From assembly GCA_965261345.1 (NCBI GenBank), contig OZ253449.1, positions 1,888,001 through 1,952,000 of the forward strand: 64,000 nt of DNA. The letters run 5' to 3'. This document shows positions 52,260-61,952 of this stretch, one piece after another. The stretch's first letter is position 1. Each line of letters starts with the position of its first letter. This stretch comes from Chloroflexota bacterium. Its GTDB lineage: Bacteria > Chloroflexota > UBA11872 > VXNJ01. The notes under the pieces were generated by a model. That model worked only from the letters and a program-made list of their open reading frames with translations, was not told where the DNA came from and searched no databases. The position numbers were made by a program, and so were the translations under genes.

Positions 52260-53183
52260 ATGGCCGTTGCGCAAACTCAAACCGCGGCTACGCTGCGCAC
52301 CCAAGGCCGTACCTGGCCGACCGTGCGGCGAACGCTGCTTTACATCCTTATGTCGGCTATCGCCTTTGTGGCGGTGTTCCCATTCCTCTGGTCTCTGTTG
52401 GGGTCATTTAAGACCGCCGAAGACCTGTTTGACTTTGCAATCGCCGATCCCGGCACCTACCTGCCGTATTCGTGGCAGTTTGAAAACTACACCGTGGTCT
52501 GGGGCCTCAATTTCGGCCGCTTTTTCTTCAACAGCGCATTTGTTGCCACGATCATCACAATGGCGCATCTGCTGTTGGCTTCGACCGCCGGATACGCGTT
52601 TGCCCGCCTGGACTTTCCCGGCCGCGACGTTCTGTTCGTGGCGGTGGTGGCAACCCTGATGGTTCCGTTCCAGGTAACCATGGTTCCGCTTTTCATCATG
52701 ATCAAGAACTGGCCGCTGGTGGGCGGTAACGATTTGACTGGGCAAGGTGGCCGCGGGCTGCTGGACTCCTACGCCGGTCTTACCATCCCGATGTTCCCGA
52801 CCGCCTACGGTACCTTCCTGTTGCGCCAGTTTTTCCAGACCCTGCCGCGCGAACTGGAAGACGCCGCCCGCATCGACGGGGCCTCCGAGTTCAGGATTTA
52901 CTGGAACGTGATCTTGCCGCTTTCGGGCGCCGCCCTGGCGGTCCTCACCGTTTTCTCCTTCCAACAGACCTGGAACGACTTCGTCTGGCCGTTCATCATC
53001 ACGCGCGATGAGGACATCAAGACCCTGCAGGTGGCACTGGCCAATTTCCGGCAGGAGTACAACACCGACTGGGGTCTGTTGATGGCCGCGACGATGGTGG
53101 CAACGGTCCCGATCCTAATCCTGTTCCTGATGACCCAGCGTTACTTCGTACAAGGGATTGCCCTCTCCGGAATCAAGGGCTAG
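52260..53183 (+). CDS. Carbohydrate ABC transporter permease (MalG-like)
   Basis: AGYAFARL.FPGR, LEDAARIDGA EAA loop, WNDFVWP, QRYFVQGI. Confidence 0.93.
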   Translation: MAVAQTQTAATLRTQGRTWPTVRRTLLYILMSAIAFVAVFPFLWSLLGSFKTAEDLFDFAIADPGTYLPYSWQFENYTVVWGLNFGRFFFNSAFVATIITMAHLLLASTAGYAFARLDFPGRDVLFVAVVATLMVPFQVTMVPLFIMIKNWPLVGGNDLTGQGGRGLLDSYAGLTIPMFPTAYGTFLLRQFFQTLPRELEDAARIDGASEFRIYWNVILPLSGAALAVLTVFSFQQTWNDFVWPFIITRDEDIKTLQVALANFRQEYNTDWGLLMAATMVATVPILILFLMTQRYFVQGIALSGIKG

Positions 53184-53189
53184 TTGCCA

Positions 53190-54137
53190 ATGGCAGTAAA
53201 TGCCGCCATGCCGGCGGTGGGGGCGCACCGTCGTTTCGGAGTGTATTTCCGGCGCAATATTGCCGGGTACGTATTCGTGCTCCCGCAGATTGCTTTCATC
53301 TCGATATTTATCCTGATACCGATCATGGGCGCCCTGTACTACTCGATCACCAACTACAACCTTTTGACACCGCCGTCGCTCGCCGATCCGCTCTGGAAGA
53401 ACTTCGCCAGCCTCAGAACGGATGACCGCTACCCTGGATCAGTCGTAAATACCCTCATGTTCGCCTTTCTGACGGTTCCGTTCGGAGTGGTCACCTCGCT
53501 GTTGCTGGCGGTCCTGATCAACCGCGCGATTCGCGGCATTTACTTTTTCCGGGCGATGTTCTACATGCCGGTGGTCTCATCCTTTGTGGCAGTGTCACTA
53601 ATTTGGCTCTGGTTCTACGAACCGCAGTTCGGCCTGTTTAATGATTTCCTCATTTGGGTCGGCCTGCCCACCTCCAAATGGCTCAAGGGTAAGGAAACGG
53701 CGCTGCTGGCGATCGTCCTCATGAGCGTTTGGAAGAACATGGGCTTGAACATGGTCATTTATCTGGCTGGCCTTCAAGGCATCCCGCCGACGATCATTGA
53801 GGCGGCCGACATTGACGGAGCTGGGCGAGCCTCAAAATTCACCCGCATTCTGCTGCCATTGCTTGCCCCCACGACCTATTTCGTAGTGATCGTTTATTTC
53901 ATCGGCGCCCTGCAGATGTTTGTGCAGGTCTGGATCATGACCCAACAGGCCGGGAACGGAGTGTTGACCGGTGGTCCGCTAAATAGCACCTCTACGGTGG
54001 TGCTGCTCATCTATTCGAACGCCTTTGAATATCTCAAGATGGGTTATGCTGCGGCAATGTCGGTGGTCCTGTTCATGGTGATCGCGGTCATCACCTATAT
54101 AAATTCGCGCTTGCTCAAATACGAGGTGGGCTGGTAA
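53190..54137 (+). CDS. Carbohydrate ABC transporter permease (MalF-like)
   Basis: FRAMFYMP, YLAGLQGIP, EAADIDGA, GGP..ST, MGYAAA. Confidence 0.93.
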   Translation: MAVNAAMPAVGAHRRFGVYFRRNIAGYVFVLPQIAFISIFILIPIMGALYYSITNYNLLTPPSLADPLWKNFASLRTDDRYPGSVVNTLMFAFLTVPFGVVTSLLLAVLINRAIRGIYFFRAMFYMPVVSSFVAVSLIWLWFYEPQFGLFNDFLIWVGLPTSKWLKGKETALLAIVLMSVWKNMGLNMVIYLAGLQGIPPTIIEAADIDGAGRASKFTRILLPLLAPTTYFVVIVYFIGALQMFVQVWIMTQQAGNGVLTGGPLNSTSTVVLLIYSNAFEYLKMGYAAAMSVVLFMVIAVITYINSRLLKYEVGW

Positions 54138-54175
54138 AGATCTCCCAGCCGGTCGACCTTGAGTTGGAACTGAAG

Positions 54176-54211
54176 GCGCTGCGGCCCTTGGAAGGGCCGC
54201 AGCGTTTTTTT
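54176..54211 (+). terminator. Rho-independent terminator
   Basis: GCGCTGCGGCCCT-TGGA-AGGGCCGCAGCGT stem followed by a T-tract. Confidence 0.9.
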
Positions 54212-54269
54212 AAATTCGTGGACAACAGATTGCAGCTAGCGAGGGATCATTGATCGGCTCGATTTGCGG

Positions 54270-55214
54270 CTAACCTGCCTTCACCCAGACTGGTTGGAAT
54301 TCTGATCCGGCGGTGGCGATAAGGCGGTTGGCGGCAGACCCGTCGGCGGCCATTAACCAGATGTTGGCGTGCCCATTGATCTGCCGCGAAAAGACGATCT
54401 GGGATCCGCCGGGTGACCAATCTGGGTCGCGATCGTGACCGTGAAATTCGGTCAGACGCACCAGTTGCCCGGAGGCGATGTTGACGCGGTAGAGATCCCA
54501 GTCGCCGGCGGCAAAGGCCTCAAAGCAGATCCATTGTCCGGTCGGGTCGAAGTCGGGAAACTGGGCGAACGCTTCAGTGTTGGCAAGTTTGTTCACTCGC
54601 CCTCCGGTGGCGGGGATCGAAAAAATGTCGAAATCGCCGTCGCGATTGGCAAAGTAGGAAATTGTTGTGCCGTCGGGGCTCCAATCCGGAGCGTAGCTGT
54701 GCCAGGGGTCGGCGGTGAGCTGCCGCTCGGTTCCCGCGACCAGGTCGGCTTGGAATAACTGGAAATAGTCGACGTCGCGCTCAAACGCTATCGAAAGCCC
54801 ATCCGGGGCAAAAGCGGGCGAATAGTCTTCGAGGTCGTTGGCGGTAAGTTGGATTACTTCGGAACCGTCGATGGCGGTTAGAAATAGGTCAAAATCGCCC
54901 CCGTCAGCATTCGAGGCGTAGACGACCTGGCGGCCGTCGGGGGATGGATCGGCGTAACGGTTGTGGTGCCGGTCGGCGGTAACCCGCCGCAGTCGATCGG
55001 TCAGGCCGTCGGCCAAGTAAATGTCCCAGTCGCCGTCTACGTTGGAGCGGAACAGCAGCTGACGGTCTTCGAGCAAAGTCCAGTTAACATAATGGTCAAA
55101 CTGGACCGGTGCCCCGGCGACGGCACCGCTTTCCTGGTTGCTGCATCCGCACAGCAGCAGTGCAAGCACCGGGACAATCCACGATCGTGCGGAGCCGATT
55201 GCTAGGCTCCGCAA
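54270..55214 (-). CDS. TolB-like PD40 beta-propeller lipoprotein
   Basis: Lipobox LCGC; repeated SPDG, APDG, WSPDG, DPTG, WSPGG blades with GD.DIY. Confidence 0.85.
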   Translation of the reverse strand: MRSLAIGSARSWIVPVLALLLCGCSNQESGAVAGAPVQFDHYVNWTLLEDRQLLFRSNVDGDWDIYLADGLTDRLRRVTADRHHNRYADPSPDGRQVVYASNADGGDFDLFLTAIDGSEVIQLTANDLEDYSPAFAPDGLSIAFERDVDYFQLFQADLVAGTERQLTADPWHSYAPDWSPDGTTISYFANRDGDFDIFSIPATGGRVNKLANTEAFAQFPDFDPTGQWICFEAFAAGDWDLYRVNIASGQLVRLTEFHGHDRDPDWSPGGSQIVFSRQINGHANIWLMAADGSAANRLIATAGSEFQPVWVKAG

Positions 55215-55294
55215 TTTAGGCTTGATGGGCGAGCATCGGTTCGACCCGGCCGAATCGTTTCAATTGAATTCTCCCTTTTGCAGGCGGGCAGCGC

Positions 55295-56716
55295 GTGACC
55301 CAACAACCCAACATCGTCATATTCATGCCTGATGAGATGCGCTGGGACTGCGTTGGTTACGCTGGCAACCGGCAAATAAATACGCCGAATTTTGACCGGT
55401 TCGCCGACGAAAACGCCCCCTTTTCCCACTTCTTCGTAAATCACACCGTTTGCACTCCTTCGCGGATATGCATGTTCACCGGCTGGCCGCCGCACGTGGC
55501 TGGGCATCGAACGCTCTGGCACATGCTGCGCCCCCATCAACCCAATGTCTTCCGCTACCTCAAACAGGCCGGATATCACGTGGAAATGTGGGGTAAGAAC
55601 GACCTTTTGGCCCAGGAATCATTTCCAGAGAGCATTTCCCATGTTGGCGAAATAGATTTCGACTACAAAAGTTTCACCGCCAACCCTTGGGACCGGGAAG
55701 ATTACCGATTCCGGAGTTATTATTTCGGCCGCCGCGGCGATTTGGCATCCCGCGACAGCGACCGCCAGTGGATCGAGGGGGCGCTGGAGTTCCTGGCGTC
55801 GGATCCGCCCGAACCCTTCTGCCTGTACCTCCCGCTGATCTTTCCACACTGTCCCTATTGGTGTGAGGAACCGTACTTTTCGCTCCACGACCGCGATCTG
55901 GTGCCCGATCCGATGCCCCCGCGTCGCGACGGTCCGATCCATCATCGCGAGATGCATCATTCCTATGGCCTAGATCAATTCGATGCCGCCGATTGGCGCG
56001 AATTGATCGCAACCTACTGGGGAATGTGTACACGGTTGGACGATCAGTTCGGGCAGATCCGGCAAGCGATGGAAGATGGCGGCTTCTGGGATGACGCCGC
56101 GGTCCTCTTCTTCTCCGATCACGGCGATTATGCCGGTGACTACGGTTTGGTGGAGAAATGGCCCAGTGGATTCGAGGACGTTCTAATGCGGGTCCCACTT
56201 ACGATCAAGCTCCCCAGCAACGAGCGGACCGCAATGATCCCGGCGCTGTGCGAGACGTTCGACCTGACGCCGACGATTCTCGATATTGCCGGCGTCGATC
56301 TGGCCCACGATCAATACGGCAAAAGCCTGCTGCCGCTTATCCGCGGGGAGGCCCTCAGTCACAAGGAAGCCGTTTTCGTCGAAGGTGGGCACCATCACTT
56401 TGAACGCCAGGCGGTCGAGCTCAAATGGGACAATCCCGCCGGACCGGACCACGTCTATTACCAGAAGGGCCGCATCCAGACCGATAACCCCGATTCGGTC
56501 GGCAAAGCGGCCGCGGTGCGGACCCGGGACCACAAGTATGTGCGGCGCCTGCGAGACCGTGATGAGCTCTACGATTTGAACTGCGACCCGGGAGAGCAGG
56601 TCAATTTGATCGACTCGCCCGATCACCAGGCGATCCGGCTGCATCTGATTGAACTTCTCACCGATTGGTTCCTGGCCACCGGCGATGTGGTTCCGCGCGA
56701 CAAAGACCGACGTTAG
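55295..56716 (+). CDS. Cys-type sulfatase family protein
   Basis: PNIV..PDEMR, TPNFD, CTPSR, GK, PH, SDHG..GL.EK, ELYDL..DP. Confidence 0.92.
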   Translation: MTQQPNIVIFMPDEMRWDCVGYAGNRQINTPNFDRFADENAPFSHFFVNHTVCTPSRICMFTGWPPHVAGHRTLWHMLRPHQPNVFRYLKQAGYHVEMWGKNDLLAQESFPESISHVGEIDFDYKSFTANPWDREDYRFRSYYFGRRGDLASRDSDRQWIEGALEFLASDPPEPFCLYLPLIFPHCPYWCEEPYFSLHDRDLVPDPMPPRRDGPIHHREMHHSYGLDQFDAADWRELIATYWGMCTRLDDQFGQIRQAMEDGGFWDDAAVLFFSDHGDYAGDYGLVEKWPSGFEDVLMRVPLTIKLPSNERTAMIPALCETFDLTPTILDIAGVDLAHDQYGKSLLPLIRGEALSHKEAVFVEGGHHHFERQAVELKWDNPAGPDHVYYQKGRIQTDNPDSVGKAAAVRTRDHKYVRRLRDRDELYDLNCDPGEQVNLIDSPDHQAIRLHLIELLTDWFLATGDVVPRDKDRR

Positions 56717-56730
56717 GGAGACCTGATTCA

Positions 56731-58206
56731 ATGCGAGTCCTGCTAATTGACATCGATTCCCAGCGGCCCGACCACCTGGGCTGCTACGGGTATCACCGCT
56801 CCACCTCCCCCAATATCGACTCGATCGCCGCCCGGGGCACCCGCTTTGATCGCTGCTACGTGTCCGATTCCCCCTGCGTCCCGGGGCGCGCTTCGATGTT
56901 CGGCGGGATGTTTGGGATAAACAGCGGCGTGGCGACCCACTGGGGACCCGGCTCCAGCTATCGCCTGCCGGCCGACATCCACGTCGAGCGCGAAGGCGGA
57001 CTTACCCTGACGATGGCCCGCAATTTCCTAGCCAACGGCTACCACACCGCCTCGGTGTCCTCATTTGCCGATCGCCACCACGCTTTCTGGCACACATCCG
57101 GTTTTCGTGAATACCATCACCACACCTTAAAGCGCGGCAACGAGACCGCCGATGAGGTCAATGCCGCCGCCCTGCCGGTGCTTGAGCGAATATGCCAGCA
57201 GACCGACTGGCTCATGCACGTTAACTACTGGGACCCCCACCGGATGTATCGGGTCCCGGACGAGTGGATGAATAAATTCGCCGGCGAGCGGCCGCCGGAT
57301 TGGCCGACCCAGGCGGTGCTGGATTCCCAGCAGGAGTTGACCGGCCCGTTTACTCCGCCGGCGCTGGTTCCCTATCCCGACCGCGAAAGCGGTGAGATGG
57401 TCCACTGGCCGTTCGATAAGACCGCCCACTTTGAGGAGTGGATCAACGGCTACGATGGCTCGATTGCCTACGTTGATTTCCACATCGGTCAGCTGCTGGA
57501 GGTGTTGGGCCGGCACGGCGTCCTTGACGACACCTGCATCATCGTTACCGCCGATCACGGCGAGGGCCAGGGTGAGCATGGAATCTACGGCGACCACTGC
57601 AACGGCTACGAGGCTCCACACCACATTCCGCTCATCGTTTCCTACCCCGGGAGGGTTGCCGAGGGTCAGGCTTGCGACGAATTCGTCTACAGCCTAGATA
57701 TCGCCCCAACCCTTTGTGAATTGGCTGGAGTCGAGCCCCAGCCCGGTTGGGATGGGCAGAGCCTGGCGCCGCTGCTCGCCCAACCGGCCGGATCCGAATT
57801 TGACGGCCGCGATCATTTGGTGCTCTCGCACGGTCTGTATGCCTGCCAGCGGTCGGTGCGCACCAGTCGCTGGTTGCTAACTCGAACCTTCCACCCCGGA
57901 TTGTTTGACTACCCGCTGCTGAGTCTTTACGACATGATTGCCGATCCGCGCCAGGAATCCAACGTCGCCGCCGACAATCCTTCGGCGGTTGCCGAGCTTG
58001 ATCACCTATTGCTTGAATGGACCCACCATCACGCCGGGCGACCCAATCATCCCGGTGACCCGATGGCCGAGGTGATCGCTAGCGGTCCCTTCAAGTACGT
58101 CGAATATCAATATTGGTTGGATTTTCTGTCGGCCCAGGGTCGCCCAGCGGCGGCTGAACGGATCCGCCGAAGATTGCGGCACTGGCCCCTGGAGGCGCCA
58201 ATATGA
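56731..58206 (+). CDS. Cys-type sulfatase family protein
   Basis: DIDSQRPDHLGCYG, CVPGR, WDPH, YDG, ADHGE; ATG at 56731. Confidence 0.92.
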   Translation: MRVLLIDIDSQRPDHLGCYGYHRSTSPNIDSIAARGTRFDRCYVSDSPCVPGRASMFGGMFGINSGVATHWGPGSSYRLPADIHVEREGGLTLTMARNFLANGYHTASVSSFADRHHAFWHTSGFREYHHHTLKRGNETADEVNAAALPVLERICQQTDWLMHVNYWDPHRMYRVPDEWMNKFAGERPPDWPTQAVLDSQQELTGPFTPPALVPYPDRESGEMVHWPFDKTAHFEEWINGYDGSIAYVDFHIGQLLEVLGRHGVLDDTCIIVTADHGEGQGEHGIYGDHCNGYEAPHHIPLIVSYPGRVAEGQACDEFVYSLDIAPTLCELAGVEPQPGWDGQSLAPLLAQPAGSEFDGRDHLVLSHGLYACQRSVRTSRWLLTRTFHPGLFDYPLLSLYDMIADPRQESNVAADNPSAVAELDHLLLEWTHHHAGRPNHPGDPMAEVIASGPFKYVEYQYWLDFLSAQGRPAAAERIRRRLRHWPLEAPI

Positions 58207-58976
58207 GCGAGCAGAAACTATTCGGGCAGGTTTCCGCGATCACCGGCGGCGGCGATGGATTCGGCAAGGCAATCGCCCTCAAATTTGCCGGGCACGGCGC
58301 CATGGTCGCGATCTGCGACATCGACCTCCCGGCGGCCGAGGCGGTGGCCGGACAAATAGATAGCGCCGGCGGCCAGGCCCTGGCGGTTGAGGCTGACGTT
58401 ACCGACAACGCCGCTCTGGCGCGATTCGTTGGGGCGGTCACCGACCGCTTTGGCGGTCTCGACGTGTGGGTTGGCAACGCCGGCATCGGCGGCGGCAGCG
58501 AGAGCGAGGATGTGATCGAGGCCGATTACCGCCGAATGATCGACATAAACCTCTCGGCGGTTTTCTTCGGCGCTCAGCTGGCCGGTCAGGTCATGATCGC
58601 CCAGGGGCGTGGTGGTCGAATCATCAACATGGCCTCGGTTGCCGGATATCGCGCGATTCCCGAGCGGGCCGCTTACTGCGCCGCGAAGGCCGGTGTGGTC
58701 ATGACAACGTGCGTGTTGGCCGAAGAATGGGCCAAACACCAGATCAGAGTCAATTCGATCTCACCCGGTTACGCTGACACATCCCTGTTCTGGAGTGCTG
58801 CCGGCTCGGGCCAGCGCAAGCCGTTCGACCAGCTTATGGCGCGGGTCCCGTCGGGCAAACTCATCACCGTCGACCAGGTGGCGGCTGCCGCCCTCTACCT
58901 GGCAAGCGACGATTCCGATGCCGTCTCCGGGCTTGACCTGCGGGTCGATTCGGCGCTGTCAGTCGGCAACATCTAG
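58203..58976 (+). CDS. Classical short-chain dehydrogenase/reductase
   Basis: TGGGDGFG, NAG, Ser, YCAAK, IRVNSISPG; ATGA overlap with the sulfatase. Confidence 0.92.
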   Translation: MSEQKLFGQVSAITGGGDGFGKAIALKFAGHGAMVAICDIDLPAAEAVAGQIDSAGGQALAVEADVTDNAALARFVGAVTDRFGGLDVWVGNAGIGGGSESEDVIEADYRRMIDINLSAVFFGAQLAGQVMIAQGRGGRIINMASVAGYRAIPERAAYCAAKAGVVMTTCVLAEEWAKHQIRVNSISPGYADTSLFWSAAGSGQRKPFDQLMARVPSGKLITVDQVAAAALYLASDDSDAVSGLDLRVDSALSVGNI

Positions 58977-59037
58977 GCGGGCAATCGGTCCTCACGCGCA
59001 AGCGGCCCAGCCCAATCAACCGATGTTCGGTCGGATG

Positions 59038-59490
59038 CTAGGTCCGCGGGTCCGAGCTTGATATCGCCTTGACCAGGGTCAGTCCGAAAAGGACCGTCAT
59101 CAGCAGCAGCGAACTGACGCACCAGATGCAGAAGGTGGCAAGCTGGGTGATCGAGATCACGGTCAGGTAAACCGAAAAGGTCAGGCCGGCGGCGGTCAGT
59201 AGCACCAAGGCCAGCGCCGAATCGGGAAACGCCTGCTCGTGCCAATACATCTCGGCCGCCGCCGCCAGGGCGATCAGTAGATAGGCTGCCGCCCCAAACA
59301 GGGCCACCGGGGCGCCGAACATCTCACCCCAGGCGCTCGACGTTACCGCGTCGCAACCCCCGCCTTCAAGGCAAACTGCCGATTCACCGGCCAGGCCGGT
59401 GATCGTCAGGTAGATGGCGATCACCAGACCAAGGAGTGAAAAGGCCAGCGTGAGGCCGCGGTACGAGACCGAGCCGACAATCTTGCTCAT
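59038..59490 (-). CDS. Vitamin K epoxide reductase (VKOR) family protein
   Basis: C..GGGC..V..S.W...FG.PVA and CIWC, four TM helices. Confidence 0.9.
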   Translation of the reverse strand: MSKIVGSVSYRGLTLAFSLLGLVIAIYLTITGLAGESAVCLEGGGCDAVTSSAWGEMFGAPVALFGAAAYLLIALAAAAEMYWHEQAFPDSALALVLLTAAGLTFSVYLTVISITQLATFCIWCVSSLLLMTVLFGLTLVKAISSSDPRT

Positions 59491-60410
59491 AGTGCGCCCA
59501 GGGCCTGGTTGATCGCATCCAGAAATTCGTTCAGGCTCCCTGACCCGACCCGGCGCTCACCGTTGAGGAAGAAGGTGGGAGTGCCGTCGACCGCCAGCTT
59601 GGAGGCCTCGGAGATGTTGGACTGCAGCAGATTGCTGGCATAGTCGGATTGGGCATCCTCGATCAACAGGTCAGCATCCAGGGCCAGTTCATCGGCCAAC
59701 GGTTTAAAGTCATCCCAGTCGTAGCCGTTGTCAGCCATCGCCAGGATGGTCGGGAACAGCTTGGCGTGGGCCGGCCAGAACGCGGCCGGATCCTGTTTGG
59801 CGGCGGCTATCGAAATCCGCGAGGCGTTGATCGCGTCGCTGCCGAACGGGCGATGTCGGGCCACGAACAGCACCTGGCCGGTATCGACATACGATTCGAC
59901 CACCTGCGGCTCAATTAGGGCTGAAAAGGTCGCACAGTGCTGACAGGTGTAGGAGAAGTATTCGACCAGGAGCAGTGGGGCTGCGGGATCGCCGAGGCGG
60001 TGGCTAAGCCGGGCGGTGCGATGTCCCTCAAGTTCTGCCAGGGTCTGCGCGCTCAGCACCTCGGTGACCACCGGATCGGTCGGCACTGCAATTTGCGGGG
60101 TTGGGGCCGCGGGAGTGACCGGCGATTCGTCGGGCTTGTTAATCGTTGCAACCTCGGCCGGCGCGGCACTGTCGAGGTCGTCGGCAGTTGCGTCGAACCA
60201 ATTTAGACCCGAAAGCAGGCCGCCGACGGCAACTCCCGCACCAACCCCAACTAGCACGTCGCGGCGGCGCAGGCGGCGGCCGATCCTGGGATCCTGGGTC
60301 TCCGGCGGTACGGCGTCGCCGAGCTGTTCGGGGGCCGAACTGAAGGCCGAGCGCATTTCGGCCAGCCGCCGCCGCCGCCGGGCGTTGCTATCGGACCGTC
60401 GTCGGGCCAT
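59487..60410 (-). CDS. DsbA/BdbD-family thioredoxin-fold protein
   Basis: LGDPAAP..VEYFSYTCQHC, GTPTFFLNG; Arg-rich N-terminus with RRRDVL plus hydrophobic helix. Confidence 0.88.
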   Translation of the reverse strand: MARRRSDSNARRRRRLAEMRSAFSSAPEQLGDAVPPETQDPRIGRRLRRRDVLVGVGAGVAVGGLLSGLNWFDATADDLDSAAPAEVATINKPDESPVTPAAPTPQIAVPTDPVVTEVLSAQTLAELEGHRTARLSHRLGDPAAPLLLVEYFSYTCQHCATFSALIEPQVVESYVDTGQVLFVARHRPFGSDAINASRISIAAAKQDPAAFWPAHAKLFPTILAMADNGYDWDDFKPLADELALDADLLIEDAQSDYASNLLQSNISEASKLAVDGTPTFFLNGERRVGSGSLNEFLDAINQALGAL

Positions 60411-61903
60411 TAGGCCGGCCCGCCCGGCAGGGGAAGCCGCCGCCGCCGCCGCAGGTCGTTGGCCTGTTCGGTGCGACCTTGTCCATCGAGGTAGTCAAGC
60501 ACCTTGGCAATTGGGACGTAGGTGTCGGCCGATACCTCCATCATTGCCTGGAAGGGGTCGCGCACGCTGCCGGGTCCGGTGCAGTGGTCCGACCACCAGT
60601 TGGCCATTAGGTGGTCGAGCAGGGCGGTCGTTTCAAGATCCTTGGTTGCCAAATTGTCAAGCTGATGTGGATCATTTTGCATATCGAACAGGCTGATCCC
60701 GTCAACCGGAAAGCAGCCCGAATGCAGGGTGCGGATGAACAGGTGGGAGCGGGTCCGCACCGCGCGTTGGAAGGTGAAAATTCCAGTCCCCCATACCAGG
60801 TGATCGCGGCCGGACCAGGCCTGACCGCGCAATGCCGCGGAAAAGCTCTCGCCGCTCCAGCCGCTGGGGATGTCCAGCTCTAGCAATTCGGCGACCGTTG
60901 GGACCAGGTCCAGCTGGTAGAGCAGGCCGTCGTAGCTCTGCCCTTGAGCCTGGTCGGTGACCCCGGGCCAGGAGATTACCAGTGGCTGGTGGGCGGTGCC
61001 TTCGGAGGCATTGCCGTGCTCGAAATACATTCCCTGCTCGGCCACCGATTCGCCGTGATCGGAGGAAATTATGATTGCGGTCTCGTCGGCGATCCCCATA
61101 TCGTCCAGCAGCTCGATGATGCGGGCGATGGCCTCGTCGACGTAGGCCATGCCGGCATCGTGGCCATCGACGAACGCTTGTAGGTCGGTCCGGTCGCAAA
61201 TTGCAGGCAGCATCCGCGGGAAGCGTTCGTAGAAGGCCTGCCCGCCCGGATATATTTCGGGCGGACCCCAGTCGCGGGCCGAGCGCGGGCCGTAATAGCG
61301 TTGGTAGTCGGCTCTGATCTTGTCATCATCTGGCCAATCCAGCCCGGGGCCGGCCGCCTGAACCCGATCCCAATAGCGGTCGGGCGCGCGATAGGGGTGA
61401 TGGACGTCCCAGTAGTTAACGTGCAGGAACCAATCGTCGTGCAGGGCGTTGTTCCTTAGCCAGGGTTCCACATGGGCATTAACGTCATCGGCCGTTTCCA
61501 GTCCGCCGGGCAATTTGTTGCCGTGGAATTCGGTGAATCCGGCGGTAAACCACCAGGACAGATGGCGCTGCGCAAACCCGGAAAATGAGACCGTGTTGTA
61601 ACCGGCCGCCTGCAGATGGCGCATGAACATCGGCCGGTCGGGGTCGTGGCGGTGACCGTCGCCCGGGTAGCGCATGTGCTGGCTGCTGGCGTTGTGGCCG
61701 ACAACGCCGTTTAGGATTCCGAAGCGACCGGAAAATAGTGCGGCGCGCGATGGGTTGCACGGCAGGTCGGATCCATAGCAACCATCAAATCGAACTCCCC
61801 GGGCGGCCACTGCATCGACCGTCGGCGAGGTCGGGCGCGGATAGCCGTAACAACCAAGGTGCGCCGGCCGCAACGAATCGATGTCGAAATAGATGATCCG
61901 CAT
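60410..61903 (-). CDS. Cys-type sulfatase family protein
   Basis: DIDSLRPAHLGCYG, CNPSR, WDVH, SDHGE. Confidence 0.92.
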   Translation of the reverse strand: MRIIYFDIDSLRPAHLGCYGYPRPTSPTVDAVAARGVRFDGCYGSDLPCNPSRAALFSGRFGILNGVVGHNASSQHMRYPGDGHRHDPDRPMFMRHLQAAGYNTVSFSGFAQRHLSWWFTAGFTEFHGNKLPGGLETADDVNAHVEPWLRNNALHDDWFLHVNYWDVHHPYRAPDRYWDRVQAAGPGLDWPDDDKIRADYQRYYGPRSARDWGPPEIYPGGQAFYERFPRMLPAICDRTDLQAFVDGHDAGMAYVDEAIARIIELLDDMGIADETAIIISSDHGESVAEQGMYFEHGNASEGTAHQPLVISWPGVTDQAQGQSYDGLLYQLDLVPTVAELLELDIPSGWSGESFSAALRGQAWSGRDHLVWGTGIFTFQRAVRTRSHLFIRTLHSGCFPVDGISLFDMQNDPHQLDNLATKDLETTALLDHLMANWWSDHCTGPGSVRDPFQAMMEVSADTYVPIAKVLDYLDGQGRTEQANDLRRRRRLPLPGGPA

Positions 61904-61952
61904 TGCGACCTGCTTTCCTAAGGGTAAATACGTCGAACCGAGGGCGGCCGGA

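Noticed and set aside
60362-60452. GCC trinucleotide runs as possible contingency repeats
   Set aside because: Short, in-frame poly-Arg codons; no evidence of phase variation
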